A stretch of DNA of 64,000 bases from Dudresnaya verticillata (lineage: Eukaryota). The DNA lies in assembly GCA_977862235.1 (NCBI GenBank), contig OZ374558.1, positions 2,666,001-2,730,000 of the forward strand, given 5' to 3'. This document shows, piece after piece, positions 34,400 to 47,345 of the stretch. A program made the position numbers and the translations under genes. The stretch's first letter is position 1; the number at the start of each line of letters is the position of its first letter. Under the pieces are notes generated by a model. It saw only the letters and a list, made by a program, of their open reading frames with translations, was not told the origin of the DNA and did not search any database.

Positions 34400-35340
34400 G
34401 GTCCTCCACCGATAATATTGGGGCATTCCGCGTTTACGGCCCTCCCCGATTCCCTTGCGGATTCGAACTGGTTCCCACGACAAACCTGAGGCCTATAGGG
34501 TAGTGCCGGGAGTGTCGGGCATCTCGATTATGCCGACCTCAACCGGTCCTCCGACTCGGATGGGGTGAGCTGGACGCATCGCTGAGATGGTCGCTGCCTC
34601 CACCTGATCGAACCGGAACGGTATAGCGCTCTTGCTGATAGCGCCCTGGCGTAGGCACATCTACGTGCCCAGGAGATTACCGTGACGGCGGCTGAGGGTG
34701 TGTTGGTCCCGTAGGGGCGTATTGATGTTGAGAGTCCGTAACGGGAGCCGGTGGCAGTGGCCCAGAGGGTACTGTACTCGGCTGTAATCCCATAACGGGG
34801 GGTTGTTGCGGCTGCTGCGTTCTTCTCTCGACCGGGAAGTCATTCCGGTGGTTGCTCAGTAAACGTTTCCGTAGCGGGAGGCCTTGCCATGCCGGGAGCA
34901 ATCTGGCTCTCGAGCTCGGCGCCCACCTTTTCCTGTAGGATCATAGCTTGCACTATCCGAGGAAGGCGCTGCTCCAGATAGGATTTGACCAAAAACGGAA
35001 CAGTTTCCGAGAGGGATATCGCCACCTCTTTCACCATTCCAGGCAGTACTTCCAATCGGAGATGCTCTAACACCCTAGGAAGGACCTCCGAAAGGACCCA
35101 GTGGACCCGATGGGATTCCGTCTTGGGTTGCGGAGCTGCCTTCTTCGAGGCATCTGATCCGACACGAGAACGGGGAGATTTACCAGCAACACCCTTAAGG
35201 ATGTCTTCTGGGTTCTCCACTCCGGAACGGATTTCACCTCCTTCACTGCACAGACTGCGAGCAGCGGGGGTAGTGTCACCCGCTTTTGGCTCCGTAACGG
35301 GAGGGTCTTTGTGTTCTTCTTTATTCGTGATGCCTTAACG
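34400..35340 (-). pseudogene. Gag remnant (appears internally deleted)
   Basis: Position between PBS and protease; ORF 34840-35220. Confidence 0.5.
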
Positions 35341-35457
35341 GAACACAACGGTTGTTCTTGCTTGTCTATCCAATATTCCGTAACGGGTTGTCGGTACAGC
35401 CGAATTCCTACCGTAGCAGATTTCGACGGCTGTTTCTTCCAACGGTGATGGTGTTGT

Positions 35458-35471
35458 AGGTCGGGAGACCA
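35458..35471 (-). promoter_or_regulatory. Primer binding site TGGTCTCCCGACCT
   Basis: Identical to 16794-16807; 5 nt from the LTR end CACCACA (35477). Confidence 0.75.
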
Positions 35472-35476
35472 GAAGA

Positions 35477-36145
35477 TGTGGTGTAGTGAAAACTCACTCA
35501 CTTCCGTAACGTACAGCTGGCCTTACTTTCCTTCACGGGACGCACCAGAGCATCACTACCTCCACGGGGTGGTAGAGCAGTTCGCACCGACAGGGAGAAC
35601 AGCAAGCGGCTTACGGAGACGGATATTGGAAAGAAACAGACAAGGAGGTGGTACAAGTGCCGGGACGGACTCCATAACTGTGACCACAATAACGGTGGTG
35701 GTGGTAGACCGCAACGGGCTCGGCGCGGGAAAACCGTAAAGAAAAGAACTACAGTGGGATTGAGGCTCAAGGGTTGTTTGCCCGTTTACCCTACGATCCG
35801 CTGCGGTGCCGCCCTGATATAAAAGTCAGGGTGGCACCGAGCGGTCCGGTCCGTGTGGGTCAGACCATAAGGGTCTGGACCCGTGGTGGAATCGGCCCTG
35901 CTGATCCCAGTCTCCGACACGGACATGCGCAGCATTCTCATTGGCTGGCGCACTACTCTAAAAACTGTACAGATACTCATTAAAACTAAAGAATAAATAC
36001 TGTACTACAAATACTCCACTAAGGTTGATGGGCTCCACTTACAGTACAGCAATTCGTACCAGCGCACAGTAATGTGTGTGGCACAATGTGCACAACACCG
36101 ACACGGTTCCATGTTTGCAGATAATCAGCATGCCGTATTGCCACA
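35477..36145 (-). repeat. Probable 5' LTR of the older Gypsy element
   Basis: Inner end defined by the PBS; outer end guessed from CCACA at 36141-36145. Confidence 0.4.
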
Positions 36146-37064
36146 TCAGTCGTTACGGTTGGCTCGCCATCGGTGTACCGCACCCGTGCCACGGCTCTCT
36201 TCACCTCACGGGGCCGTTGAGATGGCATGCTGTTATTCGCCGGTGTGTAATCACTGCCGCGCGCACAGGAGTGCCCCCGACTCGTGGGCACCTTACGCGC
36301 TCGAAGATGGAGTACGACCGTTACTTCAATTACTGTAATTATTCGCTCCAATTGAGATAGATTATGATAGGAATATCGACGAAGGCCCTTTCGGCCTTCG
36401 CCATATTAATTGCGCCCCTGACTAGCAGGGATCTGGTGAATAGAACCGATCGGTGGGTTCTGAGTCAGTACCCTTTTCTGGACTGAACGGGCTCACCGTG
36501 TGCCGTTTCTGAAAGGTGTTTTACAAGCTCTAGTCTTATAATACGCCGTACTTTATGCTTTATAGGGTGGTGCGGCCCCTTTTTCCCTTCCTTTAGGCTC
36601 GCTTGCCTTCCCGCTTTTTCCTAAGTCTCTACCAGCCCTGATTCTGAGCTACTCTCGTTAGGGTGTGTGCGTTGATAGGACAGCTGTTCTTGCCGATCAG
36701 CGGGCTACTGTCGCGTCGCGCCATACTACTAGTAGTACTAGTAGTAGTACTAGTAGTACAGCTGTACTAACCTCAACCAACCCTCAACACGCTACACTGA
36801 ACATCGGATCCCAGTAGAAAGGCACAGTTTGGGTCTCGTTTTGTAGCACAACGGGTCGAGCCCAGGAAGAGCAAAAAGAATAAAGGACATGTCGGGAACC
36901 GTCGTGCTCACGGGTAGCTCGGGTGTGGTATAGGCTTGGTAGAATGACGCTAGGCCAGGAAAAAGGAAAAAGAAAAGGGGGACGCGACCCGGTATTCGGC
37001 AGGGAACCAGCCGTACGGTGACGAGCCTGTAGTTGGCGTCCAGAAAGGGAACAGGAAGCGCCTG

Positions 37065-37150
37065 GAATCCAGAAAATGGTCAAGACCGAGAAACGCCCCG
37101 TGGGGTTCAATCAGGGGTGCCCTGCTATTCAGGGGACCAATAAATAGGGC
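37065..37150. repeat. LTR-like repeat segment homologous to 61523-61605
   Basis: gaatccagaaaatggtcaagacc...cgtggggttcaatcagg...cctgctattcaggggacc vs gaattccagaaaaagggtaaagacc...cgtgggttctattcagg...cctgctactcaggggcc. Confidence 0.6.
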
Positions 37151-37869
37151 TTGTGCCCGTGCTAATATTATCTACTACAGTGTACTGTACACGAATTACA
37201 TTGAGCAATGGGAGGCGGATCTACGCCCCTGTGGTGGCGTATAATCGGGAAATATCCCAGCGCCGCATCAATGATCGTGCGCCAATTGCGCGTCTGAGGC
37301 GCAGATGATTTCGCGCCAGGCGCCAATCACGTGTCGCATCATGGCGCAGCCCAGCAAAGACAGCGTCTTACAGGGCATTGGCCCGTTACGACTTACAGCG
37401 TCGAATGCCCACTTGGCGCAAATCGCCGTTGTGCCACACGTATTACAACAAGTACAGCGACTACGACGATTAATCCGACGGCACCGATTCCACCTTCCGC
37501 ACTGATTAAGAAATGCTGGTTGCCGGCGAGGAACGAGCAGAATTGTACGTGGGGGATTTCGGGGTCAGCATAGGCTTGCCCGTCAGATACGTCTTTCTTC
37601 TACAAGTGTACACGTCGAAAATATTGCTCAAAAGCCAGAGATCTTGCTCAGCGAGTACTGTAAAGAAACGGAAGTGTTGGGCCTTAACATAATAAATTGA
37701 CGGGGGAAGACAGCCTTGTGTCGCCCCTTTCAACACCTTCACTATTCCTGCTCACTCCCCCCAAGCTTGTGGGTGCGAAGACACGCATTGCTTTGTCCAA
37801 AGTGTTCCCGTGATAACAACATAGCGCATCAAGCATTGCTTGTACCAATCATCCGGGAATGAAAGTCTA

Positions 37870-38883
37870 CTAGTTCTCTACGCATGATAGCCCAGCCCCA
37901 GCTCCGCTGCACTTAATGCTAATCATGCCCAACAATCCATGCCCACCCACAACAGCAGTCGAGCTCTTCTGAACAATAACCTCCCCATCGAATGCAACTG
38001 TCACGATCAAAGGAAACTTCCGTGTAGATCTCTTGTTCCCTTTCACCCGCCCAGCCGCCGGAACGGCCGTTCCAGACAGCTTAACGTTCCTCGGCTTGCA
38101 GAATCTGTAATTTGGATGCCATCGCGCTACAGCCTCAACACTATTCACCCATCTATCCTTAAACGTAAACTCTCCGTCGTCATGATCATGATGATGTCCC
38201 CACTTCACCCCATATACCCCCGAAACAGGATTCTGCACCACTGCCGTCTCCTGTCCACCAAGACAGTCACTCTCTACATCTCCGCTGAACCTAAACCCAT
38301 TCAAGGGACCCGTCATAAGAATATCAAGGTCTTCAGAACTACCCCAAGTAATCTCCGCAACCAGCCTGGGCGAGATTGCAGTGAACGCGAGACAATCACC
38401 TGACCCACCCGTCATGGTGCGTGCCTTCCTACCCCTCGACGTGAAGACCTGGTACTTCAGGATGGGCAGCTCGACACACAAGCCGCCGAGTTGTGTGAAT
38501 CCCTTCCCCTCCCGGCGTGAGACGCCCTGGGCCTTCTTTGACAGCGGGATCGAGCCGAGCTTGAAGTACCTTTTTGACAGCTTTCCTGAGAGTCCTGGCG
38601 GGCGCCACCGTGAGACTCGTATCTGTGAGCGCCCAGGGCCCGACACGAGCGCTTCACCAGTGCGCATTACTTTTCCCAAGTCTGTACCTGGGCGGCAGAT
38701 GAAGGGATAACCTGCCACTTTTGGTGCTCGAAGCACCACCTTTGAGCCTCTCGGGAGGGGGTTGCGACGAACCACGTCTGGCGTGCACAGGCGGAACTTG
38801 CAGGACTTGCCGCATTGGGCATAGACATTGCTAACCCAGAGGGAGAGGACGGAGAGGGCGGAGAGGAAGACGGGAGCGAGCAT
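37870..38883 (-). CDS. Secreted Cys-rich protein with a YfaP/DUF2135-like motif
   Basis: Signal peptide MLAPVFLSALSVLSLWVSNVYA|Q, CGKSCKFRLC, LVAEITWGSSEDLDILMTGP; ATG chosen at 38883 within ORF 37870-39150. Confidence 0.75.
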   Translation of the reverse strand: MLAPVFLSALSVLSLWVSNVYAQCGKSCKFRLCTPDVVRRNPLPRGSKVVLRAPKVAGYPFICRPGTDLGKVMRTGEALVSGPGRSQIRVSRWRPPGLSGKLSKRYFKLGSIPLSKKAQGVSRREGKGFTQLGGLCVELPILKYQVFTSRGRKARTMTGGSGDCLAFTAISPRLVAEITWGSSEDLDILMTGPLNGFRFSGDVESDCLGGQETAVVQNPVSGVYGVKWGHHHDHDDGEFTFKDRWVNSVEAVARWHPNYRFCKPRNVKLSGTAVPAAGRVKGNKRSTRKFPLIVTVAFDGEVIVQKSSTAVVGGHGLLGMISIKCSGAGAGLSCVEN

Positions 38884-41800
38884 TCTAGTCTTTGCTGCTG
38901 TGAATCGGAATGCGCGAAAACCGGACTCCCAAGTCTGACCAGCTCCCCTAAACCCCGAACTCAGGAAAGATAAGGATGGTGTAGCGCTTATGTAGGCATG
39001 ATAGCAGTGAGAGACCCTCTGAAAAGGAAGGAACGTCGCCGCCACGTGTCCAGAAACTCTCAAAAGGGCTAAGGCCTGGTCCTGGTCTTGCTGTGGACAA
39101 CCATCTGGGAGTCTATTAGGAAGTGCGCTTTCTCCTCGTTGCTTTTCCAATCTGTATGACTCTTGTCTGATTCCGTATTAGTAGTGTGACACGAGTAGAA
39201 CCTCTACGGTGCTGTTGTACCTGAAGTACCGCCTAATGGCTGTGCGGTTCTCGTAACCACATGGCCTGCAAATGTTCCGGAGATGGAAGGAAAAAAGATC
39301 CATTGAGGGGCGCCAAACTCCATTCGATTTCTGGTTCTTGTCGTGAATTCCTACGTGGACCCAGCACTTCGCACAAAGCCTTGCATCGAAAGCATTAAGA
39401 TCCGTTCAGCAGTGATTGGACATCACAACTGCGCAAGTGCCTGTCCATCCAACTCTCTGTCCATCGGAGCTAGCCTTTTTTCTGCCAACCACAGACTTCC
39501 GGAGGATCTACTAAAAGTGGCTCACGAGCTCATATTCTTTCCGCTCTCGCTGGTTTCCCATCAGCGTTTGGGGTATTAAACACAAAAAGTTAAGCATATA
39601 TTAGACACGTTTTTCTTGTCATCCTTCTCGTGTACATCTGCGTCTCGAAGAAAAAAAGTACATCGGTGCCATGTACGTCCTGACCATCGTCAAAAGGCAA
39701 TATGAATATGATAGCTTCAACTGCTACACGAATGTCCACTGTACAGCGATGAGACTATCGCAGTTGACCAAGAGCTGTGCTATACCAAACTTTGGGTCTA
39801 CCACGTGGATTTCTATTGCACTGCAACAGAACGCAACAATGAATCATGTTATTGCTTCCCAACTGCACTTGTGCCATCCCAGCATGCGTGTGTCAGCACG
39901 ACGAAGAAAAATCGCCTGCCCCCATTGCTCAATTGCAAATACGTCTATATTTGCGAACAGCGGTGACAATGAAACTACATGCCTTGAGAATTCCACATGT
40001 AAGTTCCAGCAAAAGGTATTGGTCTCATGACCCAAGAGGTAACAGTTCGCACAATAGAATCACTCTGGGCCCAGGGTTGCTGTATTGTGTTATGGAAAAT
40101 ACAATGGACATTAATTGACCACTGGTTTACGCAAACAAACAAATCATGACTCTACAAATAAGTTGCAGACTAGAGTAGAATATATTTGCTTTAACACTTG
40201 GGTCTCTTTGCAGCTGCGAGGTCCTAGATATATCGTCAATGCCATACTGCTGTTGTGCCCATCTTGTTCATTTCCTGATTTACAGATGTTTCGATAAAGA
40301 GAATTCAGTAGGAGTGTTCCCTGAGTAATTAAAACTGATGTTTGTCGATGACTAACACAATGGAGTATCTCTAGTTTCTTTCGAAGGAACTGTGATACTC
40401 GGGGTGAGTGTATAGCTTAGAATCGATCTCAACATTGAGATTGCCAGAAAGTCTACACGTAGGCTCGTCCGGCTGCAGATGCCACAGCAAGACCATGCAG
40501 CATTATCATACCAGACTTTCAGATTCCAGACAGGGTTCCTCTTATTGGCATGTTCCGTCATGCTCCCCGACCTTACATATGTTGTTTGAATTATTATTTG
40601 TTTAAGGGTGTTCCTACGTGGGCGACTGAGGCCCATATGCAGGCGCACTTCTGTGTGGCATGTGATTAGAAGAGATTCTGATACTAGCACCACAAAGACA
40701 CGCAAGAACGAAGAGAAGAACTGAGCGGAAATGTTGGAAAGAGGCTTAGCTTTTAGCAGACACGAAGAAGATGGATCGGGGAGGTTGTTGTTTTAGGCTG
40801 TCGGTGAGATTTTGCTAAGATCGAGACCTTGCATCTTAGAGCGAGAGTATTTATATTTGCGCGTGCTCTTGGATCAAGGACGTCGTTTCTTCTTGACGAG
40901 TCCACGATTACAGTGGAATTTTGTCACCTTCCTAAAACGAAGTAGGGAGCGTCAAGAAGTTCTTGCAAAAGCTGCAGAGAAAGGTACTTAGTTTCAAGGT
41001 TTACGAGAACTTTCTACCGATGACGGGTTCAGATGATCTATCTAATTTCATTTGCGTCATACAGACTCATATTGTGGGCTCCTCAATTCAGTTTGAATCC
41101 CTCGGGGAAATCCATGAGGCTCTAAATGACCCTCTCTTCACTTTGGCTTTTTCGCGCTTGGAGGGCAGAGATGATATTGGAAGTGGTGTGATGTGGCTGA
41201 ACCATCTATTTACAAAAAGGCCTTGTTTGGTGATGCGGCGGTGCCACTGCAATTCGAATTCAAAGATGACGAATATTCTTTGAGGCTTTCGGGCTGCAGA
41301 GAAGCCCACGTTGCCACTGATCGCACAGTTAAACAAGTTTCCTTTTCTGTGGGAAAGATCCTCTACCAAAAGGAGCCAACTGCTCTTCTCACTGCTGATA
41401 CTCATTTAGAGATTGAGATCTTACAAACTTTCATCCGTAAGGGCAGAAGGCATTTTCCATAATAATTGAAGGATACTGTGGGGAGAGTTTGTACGTACTT
41501 GCCTTACACGACGAAAAGGTGTTCTTGAAGACAAGGCTTGACTTTGACATCTGCAGCACACCGCTGCTGTGCTGCAGATTTATGCAGCACACCACTGCTG
41601 TGCTGCAGATTTCTTAACAGTGAGATGAATATGTAGTGATAGAGCTGCGTCCCACTACGGAATATTGCTATTGCAAAAATAGTATGGGGTACAGACTTGA
41701 CACTACAGCAATCGGGATAGTGAAAGTCGTGATAATAAACATTTTTGCTAATTCTCACAATTCTCACAGCATCAGCATCACTGTTTGGGTGTTCTGTCGT

Positions 41801-43589
41801 TCAAACTGCTGCAGGAACGAATGATCCTTGAGAGAGACGCCAGCTTTGATGCCAAAATTCTTGCTCCCTGGAATAAACATTTCATGCTCCCAATAACTGC
41901 ATATCAGAGAGAGAGGGACCTCTATACTAACCCATGCACTGGCCTCCGACCGGGTTACAGGGAACTAGGTTTAGCACGAGAATTACAAACTTTGATACTC
42001 GGTAGCATGTCCTCTTGGGAAGGAAGCTTCAAGCAACTTTGCTGATTCTCAAATGTAGGAGAGGCCAAGATCGACTCACATGTCATACAACCAGTTGATC
42101 TGTTTCAACAGGCCCTCATTACGACATCACTTGGCATGACAAAGAACGAAGAACTGGAATCTACGACTGAAGAATATAGCTCGCAAAGGAGGCGTATCGA
42201 TACAGATTCCGTCGAAAGCAAGTAGTCTATCGAAGTAAGAAAACCAACAATGCTAAATCGCAAAAATAAATATCAATAAATGCGAAATGTGATTCTCTCG
42301 CTCTAAAATGACCCACAGGTGTAGATGTGAAAGAGAATATCTGGAGGAACTCATTACTGTTTTAACGAATAAGAACGGCATGAGGAGTCTTGAGAACAGA
42401 ATAAGCAGGAAGAAATGAGTGGACTCGTTATCCCTCGGCATGCCGAGATTCCCAAATGTAGACACTTCCCAGGCGGATGACATCTATGGGTTTGGGCTCT
42501 TCCGAAAGCGTTTTGCTTGCAATCTACGGCCCGCCTGGATGACAGGTCTCTCAAGAAATCAGACTGCTTACGTGACCTACAGCGACCTTGGTTCAAGAGA
42601 GCCCGTCATGCCTAGCTCTCTGGCCCCGCCCGCTCGCTCTCCCGCCGCTCTTTCTTGTCCTCTCACTTATCTCCCGTTGTTTTCTTTCTAGATCTTTACG
42701 AGATTAGCCACTTTTATTGTTTTAATAGCCCTCTTTGTATCCACAAGATACATAATAGTACACCTTCGTCCTTTATGATACCGTTCCCGTGCTATACACA
42801 CTCTCCGCTACGATTCCTTTTTGAAACCAGTGCTCTCCCAAGAATATTTGGACCATGTCCTAACCACTTTGCCCTTTTGATCTCTCCTATTCAAGGACCC
42901 GGGTCACGAGGCGCCAAAGCCATCGAGGCACTCTGCATGCCTGAAATTACTGCAAGAAATAGTCAGGAAAGACAAAGCGTCCATCTAGCTGAGAAGACAA
43001 GGCAGGCAATCACCACAGTTCTCCGACCGCGACAACACGTCCTGGTGCTGGGGAAACAATTCGTCAGCGAATAGTGTTAATTGTCAAAACCTCTTCCCAG
43101 CAATTGCTTTGCGTCATAGTCGTGCCTAGTTTCTACTAGGCGAACATTTTAGTCCCCATGAGAGGCATCTCTCTCGTCGAAATAAAGGTCTATCTTCTTC
43201 AATCTTTTTTCCAAGTCTTCGATATGAAGCTGTAGCTATCAACCGATGCCGTCTCGGGGGCCAAGTTTGGTGATTTAGTTTCTGGGGTTTCGTAGAGCCC
43301 CTATCATGGAGAGGGAATACACTCTCACCCTCTATGATAGAATTCCCCGCTTTTCGCTAATTCTATTTTGTCATTCGAGCGGGCGGTGGTGCTTTTTTGC
43401 GAGGCGGCGAGATAGCGAGGGAAAGAGGGAGAAAGACAATGGACCGACGCCTGGATAGGTCCCCTCTCATTATTTTACACGTACTCCAAGAGCAATAAAT
43501 ATCCGTCCAATTGAGCCGTGAGGGTAAACCTGCAAGAACCAAAAAGCCCTTGTAATGTACGAAGCTGTGGAAGCACATATGTTACACTC

Positions 43590-45032
43590 TCACACTCGCG
43601 AGGGATTTGCAAGCCTCCCGTTCGACAGGTCGCAAGAAGAGTCACCTTCAAACTCACCCCCGATCACCCCCTTTTCAAACCGTTCCACTCGATACACTGT
43701 TCCCAACATATCTCTAGGAAGGCCGTAGTGCCCGACTAAACCTTGTTGATACTTACCGCCATACAAGACCTGCTCTTCACTCTCGAGCATCGGGCCAGGG
43801 TACTCGCTACCAAGCCGGCATCCTATTGCGGATCCAAGCCCCACTCTCACGTCATTGTTGACCAATGCAGCAGCGAGCAGCCTCATTACAACCGTAACTC
43901 CTGCAATCACTGACAAGCCGGATAACCCAATGTACCGCCGCCGCCGCTTCAAGAAATTCACGTTACCACCGTTGAAGAAGGGTAGGATTGGCTCTGGACC
44001 TAACAGAGCTGATTCGTTGTACAGTGCAATCCGAAACTCATCCGATGGAATTAGCCCGATCTTCTCGGTGATGTTGGTCAATACCTGCAGAGCGATATCT
44101 GTGGTATCCCCTGGAACGACACATGGAAAGAACCTGGCAGGCAGGAACTTAACGTCCGACGAAGGATCGTCGGCCAACAACGATTCATGTACGAAGTTGT
44201 TCCCAGTAACATTGCAGACATCCTGCACAAGGCTCAGCCCGTATTCATATAGCTTATCTAGGGCTTCCTCCTGTAATTGCACGTCGACAAAGTGTAGTCT
44301 CTCATCTCCTATCGTTGTAGCAGCCATTACGTGATGGACATGGTACCCATCGATCATAACGAGAGGAATGATCTGTGAATGTTTATGTAACCCCATCACG
44401 ATGCCAGCGTAGTTCGGCTTAAGATCATTAATGTTGAGGAATGGTGGGGTCTTGCAAATGGTGAAGTCCGAGACCGATACATCATAGAACGAGGTGCGAA
44501 CGGGCATCTGCATGCAGTTCTCCTCGATCAGCACTGAATTCGCAACTGCTAAGCTCTTATCGACCCCGAATGCAACTCCATCGAATCCTGCTTCCGAAAA
44601 GGACAGGTCTCGACCAGTGGAGAGGGTGAGAATGATAGAAGCAATATTGGTCAAAGGTGCGACAGCAAGTAAGACGAACAAGAGGAGGATGACACGAGGT
44701 TTGATGCGCTCCTCATGCCGTGCGATCTTGACGTTTGATGGTATCTGACGACGGTAGTAAAGCCTGGTAAGCCAGTCGTTGCGGAATAGTGCTGCCGCGA
44801 TCGCGAGTGGGGACGACTTCCGTACAAGAAGAAGCGTGTGAAGAGTGCTGACTTTGGCCACGCCTCGCGGCTTGCAGCCGAGCAGGAGGTCGAAGAGCAG
44901 CGCTGCTGCTTGGAAGGAGAGCAGAGTGGCGATGGTGGCTACTGCGAGGGCGTTGAGAGTTACGCCAGGCAGGTCAAATGAATACCACGGGGTGCTGGCG
45001 GCAGCGTAGGTGAGTTCGTTGTTGCGGATCAT
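43590..45032 (-). CDS. Multi-pass membrane protein of unknown function, paralog of 47346-48926
   Basis: Intact ~480-aa ORF, three hydrophobic segments, Cys-containing loop, motifs shared with the neighbour. Confidence 0.85.
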   Translation of the reverse strand: MIRNNELTYAAASTPWYSFDLPGVTLNALAVATIATLLSFQAAALLFDLLLGCKPRGVAKVSTLHTLLLVRKSSPLAIAAALFRNDWLTRLYYRRQIPSNVKIARHEERIKPRVILLLFVLLAVAPLTNIASIILTLSTGRDLSFSEAGFDGVAFGVDKSLAVANSVLIEENCMQMPVRTSFYDVSVSDFTICKTPPFLNINDLKPNYAGIVMGLHKHSQIIPLVMIDGYHVHHVMAATTIGDERLHFVDVQLQEEALDKLYEYGLSLVQDVCNVTGNNFVHESLLADDPSSDVKFLPARFFPCVVPGDTTDIALQVLTNITEKIGLIPSDEFRIALYNESALLGPEPILPFFNGGNVNFLKRRRRYIGLSGLSVIAGVTVVMRLLAAALVNNDVRVGLGSAIGCRLGSEYPGPMLESEEQVLYGGKYQQGLVGHYGLPRDMLGTVYRVERFEKGVIGGEFEGDSSCDLSNGRLANPSRV

Positions 45033-47345
45033 TTTGGGCGCTTCGGTCGGGCGTTCTGTGCTTGCTGGTGGCACGTAGCTGGAGAAAGTTCAATTCCTCG
45101 CCACGCCATCAATGGATGTGTTGGTCACCGTGTACCGCAAGCTGGTACAAACAAGAAACTTAAGAACCGTACCATGTATCGGAACTAAGTGAGGGGCGAA
45201 AGCAAGGGGGCGAACCCGAGTGAAAGTTTCTGCGCCGGATGGTTCCGCAATGGAGGCAAGACTGTGTTTAAAAACATCGCAGAGCGACCGCAAAGTACAA
45301 GGGATCTTTCGTCACAAAAGGGCAACATCCTGCTTGACAAAGGGTTGTTGAAAAGAAACCCCTCTTCTGGGCTTCAGGGGTTGCCGGCGTGATTTGTTCA
45401 GAGGTTGAGATGTCGGCTGGGCGCTTGCAGTTGATCATCGGCAGTGTCTCTCGCAAACTTTCAAAAGCCCAATTTGGACACACTGAAATACGATGCACCG
45501 TTGACGGTTTTTGTCGGGCGCCATGACTCTTATTTGGTCCACGTCAGCGGATTCCCATCGTTACAAGAGCCCCTTTCTTTATCGGTACATCCCTTAGGGA
45601 CACCCTCCCCGTAACCTCCACCACCCACCCCCGCATCTTCTGGTATGGGGTGCGTCTGTTTTTAGAGGCAGGTTCCGCCAAATTCTGAACAAACGCTCTG
45701 CACAACTGCAGTCTCACAGTTCAGTGGGCACACTTTGGGGACATCTTGGGCACGACGCGGTGCGGATCATACTGTACCTCCTCCTCCCTCACCCGTGAGA
45801 AGTTGACACGGCTCTTTTATTTCGTTCCGGGTCGTGGTGGTAGTACAGTACGCGTGGGAGGTAGAAATGTGAGGCCTGAGAAGAACGTTGTTGCTCACGT
45901 AAGCTTACCTTGTCCGCACGGAGCGAAGTTTATTTTTATCATCATATATCGATGACCAACCTAACGCGGTTCTCAATCCTTGTTTGACGGTGCGTTGGGT
46001 GCAATCAAACAAGCATTGGGATCACAATCCTGTCAAGCTTCTCATGTATAGGAAGGACGAAGTGTTAGTTGCCGAGCCCTAGATGAGGCTACCGTTCAGC
46101 ATTGCGGTGCCCGAGTTTTGTACTGTACTTCGAATTCGAAGCACTTCATGCAAAAGTGATAGGCGTGTGATAAAGAAATGTATCTTTAGATATCTTCGCA
46201 TGGTACGACAATTCGTTTTATGACACCGGTCAGCAAGGATAACTCGGCATGCATGTCGTTTAGAAAGTGCTAGGGTTGTATGGACCTTCTCTCACGACTA
46301 AACTTGAGTAAATTGAATATCTCCCTCTCGAGCGTCATTTCTCTCACATAACTGCGTACCATCACCACTCTGTAGAATGGTCGATCATTCGGTCCAACTT
46401 GCCTTTTGCCTATGCAAATGTACCTCACCGCGAGTGTGACCATATTGTACACGACTGATGTAAACTCTGCGATGGCTTACGGATCTTTAGATTTGAAGTA
46501 CTGGCCAACACTAGGCAAAAACGCGGGGGCAACCAGACGCCACTCCTGCTTGGGCGCTAGCGAGATTGTGTGGGAGATATAGAGAAAAAAGCTCGAAAGC
46601 TGCCAAATGAAACCACCGGCTCTGGAAGAGAACGCTCTAAGCGTCTACTAACGAGTCGAACCTCAAGAGTCAGACCCAAGCAGACTTGCCTTCTGCTTTC
46701 TCAATCAAAATAGGCATGCTCTCAACAGGCATATTCAAACTCATTTCGACTAGGCGTTTGTCTGTTTAATCAAATTTGTTCCCTGTTCTCAACGCTATTG
46801 CCTCCTGTTGACTCCTCCCTCTCTCTAAAACCACGTTTGCATGCATTGAAATTGTTGTAACATGGATTGACGACATTTTCCTGTCGTTCTGCCCTTCACG
46901 CATCTTACAACCGGAACCTACGCGGATCTCTGAGGAAACCGTCTCATTCTTTGCCAGACGGTGGACGAATGGGCTTGTGAAGTTCACATCACCGCTGCGA
47001 AAGTGACTACTGCCCTAAAACTCCTTGGAGAAGTTGACTAGACTTGTGTGAAACCAAATTGTAAGTTGAAGTGCTGAGTGCGCCACAGTGCTTTAAAAGG
47101 ATGAAGATCCTTCTGGACTTGTGTTAGTAGCAAAATATGTCGTCATTTGTAAGCCGGACTCTTTGGATTATTATTCTGTTTTCCTTCGCAGTCATACTGT
47201 GCTAACGCGAGCGAGCGGCTTCTCCGTCAACTGATCATCTTTTACTGCCCCACATATAGTGCTGCTTTTCTCTTGCAGCCTCGACACCAAGATCATTAAA
47301 TACCAGAATGTGCACTTTAGAACCACACCGCGAGTACTGCATGCT

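Larger units (their letters stand above)
26790..36145 (-). mobile_element. Older decayed chromodomain Gypsy element (3' LTR not found; outer end of 5' LTR uncertain)
   Basis: PBS at 35458-35471, gag/PR/RT/RH/IN/chromodomain remnants on minus, antisense ORF on plus. Confidence 0.8.

Noticed and set aside
41550..41612. 31-bp tandem duplication with an internal hairpin
   Set aside because: Simple local duplication; no supporting context
40860..42230. Plus-strand ORF fragments that may be a decayed membrane-protein gene
   Set aside because: No recognisable motif or confident alignment to the neighbouring paralogs
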